This document shows, piece by piece, positions 7,852 to 17,834 of a stretch of DNA of 54,402 bases. This DNA is from Acidobacteriota bacterium (GTDB lineage Bacteria; Acidobacteriota; UBA4820; DSQY01): positions 1-54,402 of the forward strand of contig JBMFSH010000018.1 in assembly GCA_049967655.1 (NCBI GenBank), read 5' to 3'. Made by a program: the position numbers and the translations under genes. Numbering within the stretch: the stretch's first letter is position 1; each line of letters begins with the position of its first letter. Below the pieces are notes generated by a model. The model ran no database searches. It saw nothing but the letters and a program-made list of their open reading frames with translations, and was not told the origin of the DNA.

Positions 7852-10737
7852 GTGCGACGCGCGAGGGCCCCCAGAACCGCTTTTCTCGCCGACCCTCAGA
7901 AGGATCCGGAACTGGGCGCCAACATCCGCGCCCGCTACGATTTGCCGGCCAGCGAAGGGCGGAGAGCGACCCTGCCGGAGGCTCTCCATCCCGACCTGCG
8001 GAGGGCCCTCGAGGGAGCTGGCCTCGCCCGCCTCTATTCTCACCAGGTGGAGGGGATCGAGCACCTCCTCTCCGGCCGGGACCTGCTAGTCTGCACCCCC
8101 ACGGCCAGCGGGAAGAGCCTCATCTACCAAGTGGCGGCCCTGGATGCCTGGCTGAAAGACCCTTCGGCGAAGGCCCTTTTCCTCTACCCCTATAAGGCTC
8201 TCGCCCAGGACCAGTGCATCAAATTGAACGAGCTGGCCGGGCGCCTCGGCTTCGAGGGCTTCTCGGCGGCCATCTACGACGGGGACACCCCCTCGGGCCA
8301 GCGCCGGAAGCTCCAGAAGGACCCGCCACCGGTGCTCTTCACCAACCCGGACATGCTGCACCTCGCCTTTCTCGCCTACTGCGAAAACTGGACGGCTTTC
8401 TTCCGTCGGTTGAGCGCGCTGGTGCTGGACGAGGCGCACGTCTACCGCGGCGTGTTCGGCGCCCACGTTCACCACGTCCTGAAGCGGACCCAGAGGATCC
8501 TGAAACACGAAGGGGCCCGTCCGCTCTGGGTGGCCACCTCGGCCACCATGGCCTCCCCGCTCGATTTCTACCGCCGGCTCACGGGCAGGGGCGCGGCCCT
8601 GGTCGAGGAGAGTGGCGCCCCCAGGCCGGGCCGGCGGCTTTTCCTGATGAACGCCAGCGGAAGCCCCTACACGCTCGCCTGCGAGGTGATGCACCGCCTG
8701 CTGGCCGAAGGGGCGCGAACCCTCGCCTTCACCAAGGCGCGCCGGGTGACGGAGCTGGTCTACTCGTGGCTCTGCCAGAGGAATCCTGCCTACCGGCAGA
8801 GCGTTTCCTCCTACAGGGCCGGCTTTCTTCCCTCCGAGAGGCGGAAGATAGAGCAGTCCTTTTTCGACGGATCCCTGCTCGGCGTGGTGAGCACCTCCGC
8901 GATGGAGACGGGCATCGACGTGGGAGGCCTGGACGCGTGCATCCTGGTTGGGTATCCGGGCTCGCTCATCTCCCTCCATCAGCGCATGGGCCGGGTGGGG
9001 CGCGGCGAGAGGGAGGCGGACATCTTCTTGATCGCCATGCCCGATGCCCTGGACCAGTACTTCGTGGCCCATCCCGACCAACTGCTGAACCGGCGGATGG
9101 AGGAGCTGGTCTTGGACCCGGAGAATCCGCACATCGTGGCTTCGCACCTCCTCTGCGCGGCTCGGGAGCTTCCCCTGGAGGATGCGGCCATCCCCTCCAG
9201 CGGAGCCGAGCGGGAGGCGCTGGAGGCGCTGGACGAGCGCGGAGAGCTACTCCTCGATGCCCCCGGAACCCACTGGCACTCCCTGCGCCGGAACCCCCAC
9301 CGCGAGGTGAACCTCCGGACCATCGGGGAGGGGTTCACCATCCAGCTCGCCTCCGGCAGGGCGGTGGGCAACGTGGACGGCCACAGGGTCTACCGCGAGT
9401 GCCACGAGGGGGCCATCTACCTCCACCAGGGCCAGACCTTTCGGGTCGTCTCGCTGATTCCCAAGGACAAGAAGGTGGTGGTGGAGGCCGTGCACTCCGA
9501 CTACTACACGGAGGTACGCAGCGACAAGGAGACGGAGATCATCGAGGTGACCGCGAGCAGGCCCGTCGGCGCCTACCAACTGAGCCTGGGCCGCCTGAAG
9601 GTCACCGAGATCCTGCACTCCTTCGTCAAGCGGAAAATGGCCGGGGGCGAGGCTTTCACCGAAGCGCCCCTGGAGGCGCCTCCGCTGATCCTGGAGACGG
9701 AGGGGCTCTGGATCTCGATCCCGCCGGGCATCACTGGGCTGCTCAGCGAACGTGGCCTGCACCTCATGGGGGGCATTCACGCCCTCGAACACGCCCTCAT
9801 CGGGATCTTTCCCCTGCTGGCCCTGGCCGACCGCTGGGATCTCGGTGGGATCAGCTACCCGCTCCACCCGCAGGTGGGAGGGCCGACCATCTTCATCTAC
9901 GACGGCTATCCCGGCGGGGCCGGGCTCTGCCGCAAGGGGTACGATCTCTTCGAGTCCCTGCTGGAGGCCACGGCTCGAGTGGTGCACGACTGCCCCTGCG
10001 AGCTGGGTTGTCCGGCCTGCATCCAATCCCCCAAGTGCGGCAACGGCAACAAGCCCCTGGACAAGGCGGCGGCCCTCGCCATTGCGGACGTTCTCGAGGG
10101 GAGGCTTCCCCTGGAGGGACCCTCCCCGGTGGGACTCGCCCCGGAGACGCCAGCGGAGAGTCCGGGCCATCGGTCCCAGAAACGCCGGATCGCCGCCGGT
10201 AGGCTCGTTTGGGACGTGGAGACCCAGAGGCTGGCCGCGGAGGTGGGCGGCTGGGGCAACATCCGAGCCCTGGGGCTGGCCCTGGCGGTGACCTGGGACC
10301 TTGACCGAGGCGTCTGGAGAACCTATTTTGAGGAGGAAGCCGGAGAGCTGGTCGAGGAGCTGTTGGCGTCGCCGCTGGTGATCGGGTTCAACATCAACCG
10401 GTTCGACCTGGAGGTGGTCCGGCCTTACACCTCGCGAGACCTGCGCCAGGTCCGGACGCTGGACCTCCTGGAGGTGCTGAAAGGCAGGCTGGGCTTCCGG
10501 CTCTCCCTATCCAGCCTGGCCGAATCCAATTTCGGCGAGTCCAAGTCGGCCGACGGTGTCCAGTCGGTCCAGTGGTACAGGGAGGGGCGCTTCGATCTCA
10601 TCGAGCAGTACTGCAGGCGGGACGTAGAATTGACGGGCATGTTGTACCGCAAGGGGCTGGAGGACGGCTACCTCCTCTTCCGGGGCAAGACGGGAGAGCT
10701 GTTGAGGGTGAGCACCGTCGGGTGGGGGCAGTCATGA
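7852..10737 (+). CDS. DEAH helicase of the MrfA/SftH/Hrq1 (DUF1998) family fused to a C-terminal RNase H-like DEDD exonuclease
   Basis: LYSHQ, PTASGKS, YPYKALAQDQ, TNPDMLH, DEAH, SAT, QRMGRVGR; DUF1998 CPCELGCPAC; C-terminal WDVET..GFNINRFD..YCRRDV. Confidence 0.93.
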   Translation: MRRARAPRTAFLADPQKDPELGANIRARYDLPASEGRRATLPEALHPDLRRALEGAGLARLYSHQVEGIEHLLSGRDLLVCTPTASGKSLIYQVAALDAWLKDPSAKALFLYPYKALAQDQCIKLNELAGRLGFEGFSAAIYDGDTPSGQRRKLQKDPPPVLFTNPDMLHLAFLAYCENWTAFFRRLSALVLDEAHVYRGVFGAHVHHVLKRTQRILKHEGARPLWVATSATMASPLDFYRRLTGRGAALVEESGAPRPGRRLFLMNASGSPYTLACEVMHRLLAEGARTLAFTKARRVTELVYSWLCQRNPAYRQSVSSYRAGFLPSERRKIEQSFFDGSLLGVVSTSAMETGIDVGGLDACILVGYPGSLISLHQRMGRVGRGEREADIFLIAMPDALDQYFVAHPDQLLNRRMEELVLDPENPHIVASHLLCAARELPLEDAAIPSSGAEREALEALDERGELLLDAPGTHWHSLRRNPHREVNLRTIGEGFTIQLASGRAVGNVDGHRVYRECHEGAIYLHQGQTFRVVSLIPKDKKVVVEAVHSDYYTEVRSDKETEIIEVTASRPVGAYQLSLGRLKVTEILHSFVKRKMAGGEAFTEAPLEAPPLILETEGLWISIPPGITGLLSERGLHLMGGIHALEHALIGIFPLLALADRWDLGGISYPLHPQVGGPTIFIYDGYPGGAGLCRKGYDLFESLLEATARVVHDCPCELGCPACIQSPKCGNGNKPLDKAAALAIADVLEGRLPLEGPSPVGLAPETPAESPGHRSQKRRIAAGRLVWDVETQRLAAEVGGWGNIRALGLALAVTWDLDRGVWRTYFEEEAGELVEELLASPLVIGFNINRFDLEVVRPYTSRDLRQVRTLDLLEVLKGRLGFRLSLSSLAESNFGESKSADGVQSVQWYREGRFDLIEQYCRRDVELTGMLYRKGLEDGYLLFRGKTGELLRVSTVGWGQS

Positions 10738-10762
10738 AGACGCCTCTGGGAAGAGGCTGAGC

Positions 10763-12157
10763 GTGGCCGAATTCACCTACCGCAGCGCCATTGCGGGAGT
10801 CACCCCGGAGGCCCTGTCCGCCTGGCACCTTCGCCCAGGCGCGTTCGAGCGGCTCGTCCCTCCGTGGGAGTCGGTGCGCGTGGAGGGGGAGCCGACGGGA
10901 CTGGCCGACGGGAGCCGGCTCCGCTTCTCCATCCGCAAGGGCCCCCTCCGCTTCCGGTGGACCGCCCTTCACCGAGACCTGGTCCCCGGCGTGCAGTTCG
11001 TGGACGAGCAGGAGCGCGGTCCTTACGCCCGGTGGGTCCACACCCACCGCTTCCTGCCGGGGGAGGCCGGGGGAGCCATCCTGGAGGACCACGTGGACTA
11101 CCGCTTGCCCCTGGGGTGGTTCGGCGCGGCGCTCGCGGGAGGTGCGACCAGCTCCATGCTCGATCGACTCTTCCCCTTTCGCCACCAGAGGACGCGGGAC
11201 GACCTCCTTCGGCACGCCACCTTCTCCCGCTTCGGACCACAGCGGGTGGCCATCACGGGCGCCACGGGCCTCGTCGGCTCGGCCCTGGCGGCCTTCCTTT
11301 CCACGGGGGGGCACCGCGTTCAGCGGCTGGTACGCCGTACGCCCGTGTCCGATCAGGAGATCGCGTGGGACCCCGCCTCCGGGCGCGTGGACCTCGCGGC
11401 CCTGGAGGGCCTGGACGCGGTGGTGCACCTGGCCGGGCGCGGCATCGCGGAGGGACGCTGGAGCCCCGCGGCTAAGGCCGCCATCCGGGAGAGCCGCGTG
11501 GGCGGCACCGGTGCCATCGCGCGGTCGTTGGCCTCCCTCAAGCGGCCGCCGCGGGTGCTGGTCTGCGCCTCCGCCATCGGCTTTTACGGAGACACCGGCG
11601 GAACCGAAGTGGACGAGACATCCCCAAGGGGTAGGGGATTTCTCCCGGAAGTCTGCGAGGCTTGGGAGGCGGCCGCCGATCCCGCACGGTCGGCGGGCAT
11701 TCGGGTGGTTCACCTCCGCATCGGGGTGGTTCTCTCCGCCAAGGGAGGGGCCCTTGCCCGTATGTTGACCCCCTTCCGGCTGGGATTGGGGGGGGTGGTG
11801 GGCGGTGGGAGCCAGGGCATGAGCTGGATCGCCCTCGATGACCTGATCGGGGCGATCCAATACGCGCTCTTCACGGAGGCCCTGTCGGGGCCCGTGAACG
11901 CCGTCGCGCCCGTGCCCGCGACCAACCGGGAGTTCACGCGCATGCTGGCCCGGCTGCTACGCAGGCCGGCGCTCCTCCCGCTGCCCGCGGCGGCCGTCCG
12001 CCTGCTCTTCGGAGAGATGGGCCAAGCGCTGCTGCTGGAGGGCGCCCGGGTTCTGCCGCGGCGGCTGGCGGAGAGCGGATTCTCCCACCTCCATCCAACC
12101 CTGGAGGGAGCGTTGCGCGCCGAGCTGGGGCGATGCCCGCTGGAAAAAGGGGTCTGA
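10763..12157 (+). CDS. SRPBCC domain + TIGR01777 (YfcH/SDR39U1-like) epimerase fusion
   Basis: N-terminal WH.RPGAFERLVPPW / FVDEQERGPYARWVHTHRF; ITGATGLVG; ASAIGFYG; C.AWE; G.QGMSWI..DD. Confidence 0.92.
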   Translation: MAEFTYRSAIAGVTPEALSAWHLRPGAFERLVPPWESVRVEGEPTGLADGSRLRFSIRKGPLRFRWTALHRDLVPGVQFVDEQERGPYARWVHTHRFLPGEAGGAILEDHVDYRLPLGWFGAALAGGATSSMLDRLFPFRHQRTRDDLLRHATFSRFGPQRVAITGATGLVGSALAAFLSTGGHRVQRLVRRTPVSDQEIAWDPASGRVDLAALEGLDAVVHLAGRGIAEGRWSPAAKAAIRESRVGGTGAIARSLASLKRPPRVLVCASAIGFYGDTGGTEVDETSPRGRGFLPEVCEAWEAAADPARSAGIRVVHLRIGVVLSAKGGALARMLTPFRLGLGGVVGGGSQGMSWIALDDLIGAIQYALFTEALSGPVNAVAPVPATNREFTRMLARLLRRPALLPLPAAAVRLLFGEMGQALLLEGARVLPRRLAESGFSHLHPTLEGALRAELGRCPLEKGV

Positions 12158-12160
12158 AGC

Positions 12161-13819
12161 ATGGACCGTAAGGAGGTTCCCCTCCGAGTCCTGGCGGTGG
12201 TGGCCGCGCTCTCGTGTCTGTGGCCCTTCGCCTCCCTGAGAGCGGCCCAGGAGCCGGATCCCGGAAAGGCCGTCTGGGAGGAGTTGCAGGCCAAAGGAGC
12301 GGTGATCGCGGGCATCCACATCCGGATCATCAACGTTTTCGATCCGACCCAGCCGGAATCGCGTTACTGGTTTGCTCGCGCCGCCGACTTCATTCACATC
12401 ACCACGCGGGAGCGCGTGGTCCGGCGCGAACTCCAGTTCAAGGTGGGCGACCGCGTGGACGCCTCCAAGATCATCGATTCCGAGCGGGCCCTGAGAAGTT
12501 CCCTGGACATCGCGCGGGACGCGACGATCCTCCCAGAGCGCGTGGAGGGCGGGAAGGTCTGGGTCCTGGTGGTTTTCAAGGATGCCTGGACCCTGGGCCT
12601 CGACGCGAACTACGGCCACGTCGGAGGACAGAACAAATATACCTTCCGGATCCACGAACGGAACTTCCTGGGCCTCGGGAAGGGCCTCCTTGTCAGCCAT
12701 CAGCGCACCTTGGAGCGCAGCGTCAACGAATTCGCCTACTACGATCCCCAGCTCTTCGGCAGCCTCTGGACGCTGAACGCCAACTACCAGCAGCTCTCGG
12801 ACGGGAGGGCCCGTCTCTTTGACGTGGCCTACCCGTTCTACACCGTGGACACGCCTTTCTCCTTTGAGATAAAGGCCACCGATGCCCTGGAGACGCTCAC
12901 CTTGTACAACCTCACCCACTCGGTCTACGCCATGCGGAACCTGGATCAGAGCGTCACCGCCGCGGCGACATGGGCCTACCGCGTGGAGGGCTTCACGGCC
13001 TACCGCATGGGGCTGGGCCTCGTCTCGCAGCAGAACCGTTACTACGACTTTGCCACCTACCGGCCGGGCTATCTTCCGCCCCTCGACGTGACCGACCGGC
13101 GGCTGCGAGGGCCGGAGGTCACCTGGGAGTGGTTCCAGGACAGATACCGAGATTTCAGCGACATGGCCACCATCGGCCGGGGAGAGAACTACAACCTGGG
13201 CTGGGACGTCCAGGCGGCCCTCGGCTACTACGGCCGCACCTTCGGCAGCGGTGGCACTGGCCCCTTCTTCAGCCTCGCGGCCACCAAGGGTTGGACTCCG
13301 AACGAGGAGAACCTCCTGCTGGAGCAGGCCTCGCTCGCCGGACGCCGCGAGGCGGGCCTCTGGCGCAATCTCTTTCTCACTCAGGAAACCACCTGGTACA
13401 ACCAGACCTTCCCTTACCAGACCCTCGCCGGGGACCTCCGCATCGACTGGGGACGGAGGCCCGATCCCGAAAGCTGGCTCTACCTCGGCGGCATCGACGG
13501 CATGCGGGGCTACCCCAACCACTTCCTCGCCGGCGACAAGCGGTGGATCCTCTCCTTCGAGGACCGGGTCATCACGCCGTGGACCCTATGGGGGCTTGCG
13601 CGCGTCGGTTTCGTCGGGTACGTGGACGCGGGGGCCATCCGCGCCTTCGGAACCTCCGGGTGGGGGAAGACCTATTCGGACGTGGGCGGAGGGCTCCGCT
13701 TCGGGAACCTCAAGGCCCGCACCGCCCAGATCCTCGAACTGACCGTCGCCGTGCCCCTCGTGAAGACGCCGCTGACGAAGGGGTATGAGATCGTGGCGGG
13801 CACGGTGATCCGCTTCTAG
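12161..13819 (+). CDS. Omp85/BamA-TamA superfamily outer-membrane protein
   Basis: Signal peptide; one POTRA-like unit (TRERVVRRELQFKVGD..SERALR); ERNFLGLG barrel start; LGGIDGMRGY lid motif; terminal Phe. Confidence 0.85.
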   Translation: MDRKEVPLRVLAVVAALSCLWPFASLRAAQEPDPGKAVWEELQAKGAVIAGIHIRIINVFDPTQPESRYWFARAADFIHITTRERVVRRELQFKVGDRVDASKIIDSERALRSSLDIARDATILPERVEGGKVWVLVVFKDAWTLGLDANYGHVGGQNKYTFRIHERNFLGLGKGLLVSHQRTLERSVNEFAYYDPQLFGSLWTLNANYQQLSDGRARLFDVAYPFYTVDTPFSFEIKATDALETLTLYNLTHSVYAMRNLDQSVTAAATWAYRVEGFTAYRMGLGLVSQQNRYYDFATYRPGYLPPLDVTDRRLRGPEVTWEWFQDRYRDFSDMATIGRGENYNLGWDVQAALGYYGRTFGSGGTGPFFSLAATKGWTPNEENLLLEQASLAGRREAGLWRNLFLTQETTWYNQTFPYQTLAGDLRIDWGRRPDPESWLYLGGIDGMRGYPNHFLAGDKRWILSFEDRVITPWTLWGLARVGFVGYVDAGAIRAFGTSGWGKTYSDVGGGLRFGNLKARTAQILELTVAVPLVKTPLTKGYEIVAGTVIRF

Positions 13820-13853
13820 CGTCTTCGGGTACGCCGCCGCGGCGCCGTCCACG

Positions 13854-13926
13854 GCCGCGCCAAAGGCGCGGCCCAGCCCCAGCCTCTGTTCGAAGGCGGT
13901 AGGACGGGTTATTTTGGACAGGCATG
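13854..13926. repeat. Partial copy (right end) of MITE-like repeat
   Basis: Ungapped 73-nt match to 33242-33314 with the first 23 nt identical; ends TTATTTTGGACAGGCATG. Confidence 0.8.
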
Positions 13927-13958
13927 CGGTTGAAGCAAGGGCCGACGGGCGGGAGGGT

Positions 13959-14873
13959 TCAGGCCGGCGTCTGCGTGGCCAGACGGCCGTGGCGGCCGGG
14001 CACGGGGCGTAGTTCGAGCCGCCCGGGGGGCAGGGAGGTGCCCTGGGCCCTTCGCAGGGCGAGCAGGTCTCCCAGGGCAGTCGGAGCCAGGCCGTGCGCC
14101 CCACAACCGCCCAGGAATTCCTCAAACTGGGGCGCGTAGAGTCCTCCCTCCAGTTCCGCGTGCACCGTGAGGACCGGCCACCCGCCCCGGGCCGCCTCCT
14201 CCGCCACGGACCGAAAGAAGGCTCCGGCGTTCGCGTGGGTCCACCCCAGTGCCTCGTCGAGGGTGGGCAGGGTGGAGGGGACCTGGGGCGTCGCGAGGAC
14301 CTGCCCGCGGACCACCGGCAGGAAGGGCTCGATGCCGCGGCAGTCGCTGGCGAAGGTGAGCCCAAAGGTCTCCTGTACGAGGAGGGCCCGCTCGTCCGTG
14401 AACCAGGCGGGGGCGGCGAAGGTGGCCGGCTGTTCGCCGAAGATCTCCCGGTAGGCCGCGCGTCCGCGCGACAGCTCCTGCTCGACGCGCCCGTCGGAGA
14501 AGCGGAGCAGGCGGTCCTGCCAGGAGCGGTGGTCCCAGGCGTGCACGCCCGTCTCGTGGCCCAGCTCCCTGGCGCGACGGGCGATCTCGGGAAAGGCCGT
14601 GGCTACGGGCCGAGAGGGGAGCAGGGTGCCGGAGAGAATGGTTCGCAAGCCGTAGACGCGGGCCGCGCCGGTCCTGCGCATCTTGGCGAGAAAGCCGGGG
14701 CGCAGGGCCTGGAAGATGGCGCGCCCGGAGCGGTCGGGCCCCATGGCGAAGTAGAAGGTCGCCCGCACTCCAGCCCGGTCGAAGAGCTCCAGCAGCCGAG
14801 GCACACCGTCGCGCATCCCCTCGTGTGTGTCCACGTCCACACGGATGCCCAGGGGCTGGAGGGCGGCGTTCAC
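13959..14873 (-). CDS. arnD: Undecaprenyl-phosphate-L-Ara4FN deformylase (polysaccharide deacetylase family)
   Basis: LGIRVDVDT.EG..DGVPRL, ATFYFAMGPDRSGRA, GVHAWDH, QVPSTLPTLDE, TVHAELEG; cluster context. Confidence 0.9.
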   Translation of the reverse strand: MNAALQPLGIRVDVDTHEGMRDGVPRLLELFDRAGVRATFYFAMGPDRSGRAIFQALRPGFLAKMRRTGAARVYGLRTILSGTLLPSRPVATAFPEIARRARELGHETGVHAWDHRSWQDRLLRFSDGRVEQELSRGRAAYREIFGEQPATFAAPAWFTDERALLVQETFGLTFASDCRGIEPFLPVVRGQVLATPQVPSTLPTLDEALGWTHANAGAFFRSVAEEAARGGWPVLTVHAELEGGLYAPQFEEFLGGCGAHGLAPTALGDLLALRRAQGTSLPPGRLELRPVPGRHGRLATQTPA

Positions 14874-14904
14874 GGGTGCAGCCCGCGGCGGCGGAGACCC
14901 TTGT

Positions 14905-15936
14905 TCATCCCTCCGCCTTGACCCATTCTTCGAGGAAGGCGTCCAGGGTCCATTCTAGGGCCTGGTCGAGGGTCGTCGCGGGGTTCCAGCCCAGAATTCC
15001 CCGGGCCTTGGCGATGGAGGGCTTGCGCGTGAGGATGTCCTGGTAGCCCTTGCCATAGTAACTGCCCGCATCCACTCCTTCGATGCGGGGCGGGGAGTAG
15101 CGCGGTACGCGCCCTTTTCGGGCCGCGAAGAGGAGGGCGAGCTTCTCGGCGAGCTCCTTCACCGAGCACTCGTTGGAGGGGTTGCCCAGGTTGAAGATCT
15201 CTCCGTCGCAGACGCCGTTCCGGTTCTCGATGACCTTCATGAGGCCGTCGATGCCATCCTCCACCCAGGTGAAGCATCGCTTCTGCCCACCCCCGTCCAC
15301 TAGGCGGATGGGCTCGCCCTGGCAGAGGTTCACGATGAACTGGGTGAGCACGCGCGAGGAGCCCTCCTTGGCGGCGTCGATGTCGTCCAGCTTGGGGCCG
15401 ATCCAGTTGAAGGGGCGGAAGCAGGTATACTGGAGGCCCTCCTGCTGGCCGTAGGCGGCGATGACGCGGTCCATAAGCTGTTTGCAGCATGAGTAGATCC
15501 ACCGGGGTTTGTTGATCGGCCCCAGCACCAGTTGGCTTTCGTCCTCGATGAATTCGGCGTCGGGGCACATGCCGTAGACCTCGGACGTGGAGGGAAAGAC
15601 CACGCGCTTGCCGTACTTCACGCACTGGCGGATCACGCGCAGGTTCTCCTCGAAATCCAGCTCGAAGACCCGCAGCGGCGACTTCACGTAGGTGGCCGGC
15701 GTGGCGATGGCCACGAGCGGCAGGACCACGTCGCACTTCTTCACGTGGTACTCGATCCACTCCTTGTTGATGGTGATATCCCCCTCGAGGAAGTGGAACC
15801 GGGGATGGCCGAGCGAGTGTTCGAGCTTGTTGTCCGAGAGGTCCATGCCGTAGACCTCCCAGTCGGTGGTGGTCAGGATGCGCCGGGTGAGCGCGTTGCC
15901 GATGAAACCGTTGACGCCGAGGATGAGGATCTTCAT
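14905..15936 (-). CDS. arnA: UDP-glucuronate dehydrogenase/decarboxylase (stand-alone ArnA C-terminal domain)
   Basis: [56 protein letters not shown]. Confidence 0.95.
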   Translation of the reverse strand: MKILILGVNGFIGNALTRRILTTTDWEVYGMDLSDNKLEHSLGHPRFHFLEGDITINKEWIEYHVKKCDVVLPLVAIATPATYVKSPLRVFELDFEENLRVIRQCVKYGKRVVFPSTSEVYGMCPDAEFIEDESQLVLGPINKPRWIYSCCKQLMDRVIAAYGQQEGLQYTCFRPFNWIGPKLDDIDAAKEGSSRVLTQFIVNLCQGEPIRLVDGGGQKRCFTWVEDGIDGLMKVIENRNGVCDGEIFNLGNPSNECSVKELAEKLALLFAARKGRVPRYSPPRIEGVDAGSYYGKGYQDILTRKPSIAKARGILGWNPATTLDQALEWTLDAFLEEWVKAEG

Positions 15937-16871
15937 TTCTGATCTCCTGTCGGGCCCAACCGGGTCCCCTCTTCCATTCCCTCCAGCCGGGCCAGGGCGC
16001 AGGCGGGCAGCTCGGGATCGCGCCCCTTCTGGATCGTGACGAGTCTTAAGGCCCCCCTGCCGCAGGCGACGACGATACCGTCCCGAGACACGGCCGTGAC
16101 GGTGCCAGGTTCGGCGCACGGCCCCTCCACGGGCAGGGCCCACCAGACGTAGAGCCGGCTTCCTCCCCACTCGGTGAAGGCTCCGGGGTAGGGATGGGTC
16201 ACCGCCCTGACCAGGTTGTAGATGCGCTCGGTGTCCCAGCTCCAATCGATCCGCCCGTCCTCGGGCTTCCGGCCGCCGAAGTAGCTGCCGGCGGCCAGGT
16301 CCAGGGGACGCGAGACCACCCGGCCTTCGCGGAGCAGCGGCAGGCTCCGGTCCAGGAGCTTGGCGGCGGCGGCTTCCAGCTTGCGGAAGAGCGTGAAGGC
16401 GGTGTCCTCGAAGGCCACGGGCACCGGTTCCTGATCCACGAGCCCGCCCGCGTCGGGCTTGACTACCATGGCGTGTAGGCTCACCCCGGTTTCCCTCTCC
16501 CCATTCACCAGGACCCAGTTGACGGGTGCCCGTCCACGGTAGCGGGGCAGGAGCGAGCCGTGGAGGTTGAACGCGCCGAGGGGAGCCAGGTCGAGCACAG
16601 CCTGGGGAATCATGTAGCGATAGTAGAAGGAGAAGAGGAAGTCCGGCCGGTAGCCTCGGACCAGCTCGGCGTAGGCCGGATCCTTTGGGTTCGTGGGGGT
16701 GTGGACGGGGATGCCGCGGGCGTTGGCCCTCGCGGCCAGCGACTCCCACCAGATCTCCTCGCGGGGATCGTCCTCGTGGGTGAAGACCGCCGGGATCGTG
16801 AAGCCGTGGCGGAGCAGCGCGTCGAAGCCCAGGCAACCCATGGTGTGGTACCCCATCACGAGGGCCCTCAT
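15933..16871 (-). CDS. arnA: UDP-L-Ara4N formyltransferase (stand-alone ArnA N-terminal domain)
   Basis: [50 protein letters not shown]; 4-bp overlaps on both sides. Confidence 0.93.
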   Translation of the reverse strand: MRALVMGYHTMGCLGFDALLRHGFTIPAVFTHEDDPREEIWWESLAARANARGIPVHTPTNPKDPAYAELVRGYRPDFLFSFYYRYMIPQAVLDLAPLGAFNLHGSLLPRYRGRAPVNWVLVNGERETGVSLHAMVVKPDAGGLVDQEPVPVAFEDTAFTLFRKLEAAAAKLLDRSLPLLREGRVVSRPLDLAAGSYFGGRKPEDGRIDWSWDTERIYNLVRAVTHPYPGAFTEWGGSRLYVWWALPVEGPCAEPGTVTAVSRDGIVVACGRGALRLVTIQKGRDPELPACALARLEGMEEGTRLGPTGDQK

Positions 16872-17824
16872 GGCTTCGCCTCCGGCTCCCGGCCGATGAC
16901 CTGGCGGACGACGTACCGCGGGCGTCTGCGGACCTCCATGTAGATGCGGCCCACGTACTCTCCAAGAAGGCCGATTCCGAAGAGGAGGACTCCCATGAAG
17001 AAGAAGAGGGCGGCGAAGAGGGTGAAGACGCCGCTCACCGCCCAGTCCCGGCCCATGACGAGGCGGCCGGCGATCAGGACCACGGCCACCGCCATGGAGA
17101 GGATTGCGGTGAACACCCCCACGGTCATGGTGGCGCGCAGGGGGAGGAGGCTGAAGGAGGTCATGAGGTCGAACTGCAGCCGGATCAGCTTGAAAAAGCT
17201 GTACTTGCTCTCGCCCCGGAGCCTCTCGGCGTGGGCCACCGGGATCTCCGTGACCCGCCCGGCGAATATGTCCGCCAGTACGGGGATGAAGGTCGAGATC
17301 TCCTTGGAGGCGCACAGGGTCTTGACGACGCCTCGCCGGTAGGCCCGGAGCATGCAGCCGTAATCGTGGAGCTGGACCCCCGTGGCCATGGAGGTGACGC
17401 GGTTGATGAGCCGGGAGGCCATCCTGCGAAAGAGCGAATCCTGGCGCTGCACCCGGACCGAGCCCACGACGTCGTAGCCCTCCTCCATCTTGGCTACGAG
17501 CTTGGCGATCTCCTCGGGGGGGTTCTGGAGGTCCGCGTCCAGGGTGACGATGATCTCGCCGCGGCTCGCCTCGAAGCCGGCGAAGACGGCGGCGTGCTGG
17601 CCGTAGTTGCGGTTGAAGTCCACCACCACGAGGTGGGGGTCCTGGTCGGCCGCCTCACGCAGAATTTCCAGCGAGCGATCTCGGCTGCCGTCGTTGACGA
17701 GGATTACCTCGAAGGGCTGCCCGATGGCCTGCAGGGAGGTCTTGAGGCGCGCGAGGAGCTCCGGCAGGTTCTCCTCCTCGTTGTAGACCGGTATGACGAC
17801 CGAGATGTAGGGTTTTTCCGGCAT
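16868..17824 (-). CDS. arnC: Undecaprenyl-phosphate 4-deoxy-4-formamido-L-arabinose transferase (GT2)
   Basis: [40 protein letters not shown], two C-terminal TMs, GEYVGRIY. Confidence 0.93.
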   Translation of the reverse strand: MPEKPYISVVIPVYNEEENLPELLARLKTSLQAIGQPFEVILVNDGSRDRSLEILREAADQDPHLVVVDFNRNYGQHAAVFAGFEASRGEIIVTLDADLQNPPEEIAKLVAKMEEGYDVVGSVRVQRQDSLFRRMASRLINRVTSMATGVQLHDYGCMLRAYRRGVVKTLCASKEISTFIPVLADIFAGRVTEIPVAHAERLRGESKYSFFKLIRLQFDLMTSFSLLPLRATMTVGVFTAILSMAVAVVLIAGRLVMGRDWAVSGVFTLFAALFFFMGVLLFGIGLLGEYVGRIYMEVRRRPRYVVRQVIGREPEAKP

Positions 17825-17834
17825 GCTCTCGCCC

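Noticed and set aside
10763..12157. SRPBCC-TIGR01777 fusion as a novelty
   Set aside because: This is a commonly seen domain architecture, and nothing atypical was found here.
14905..16965. 686-aa ORF suggesting a fused bifunctional ArnA
   Set aside because: Its N-terminal half is an off-frame reading. The formyltransferase is in another frame with its own stop, and the decarboxylase has its own SD and ATG at 15936.
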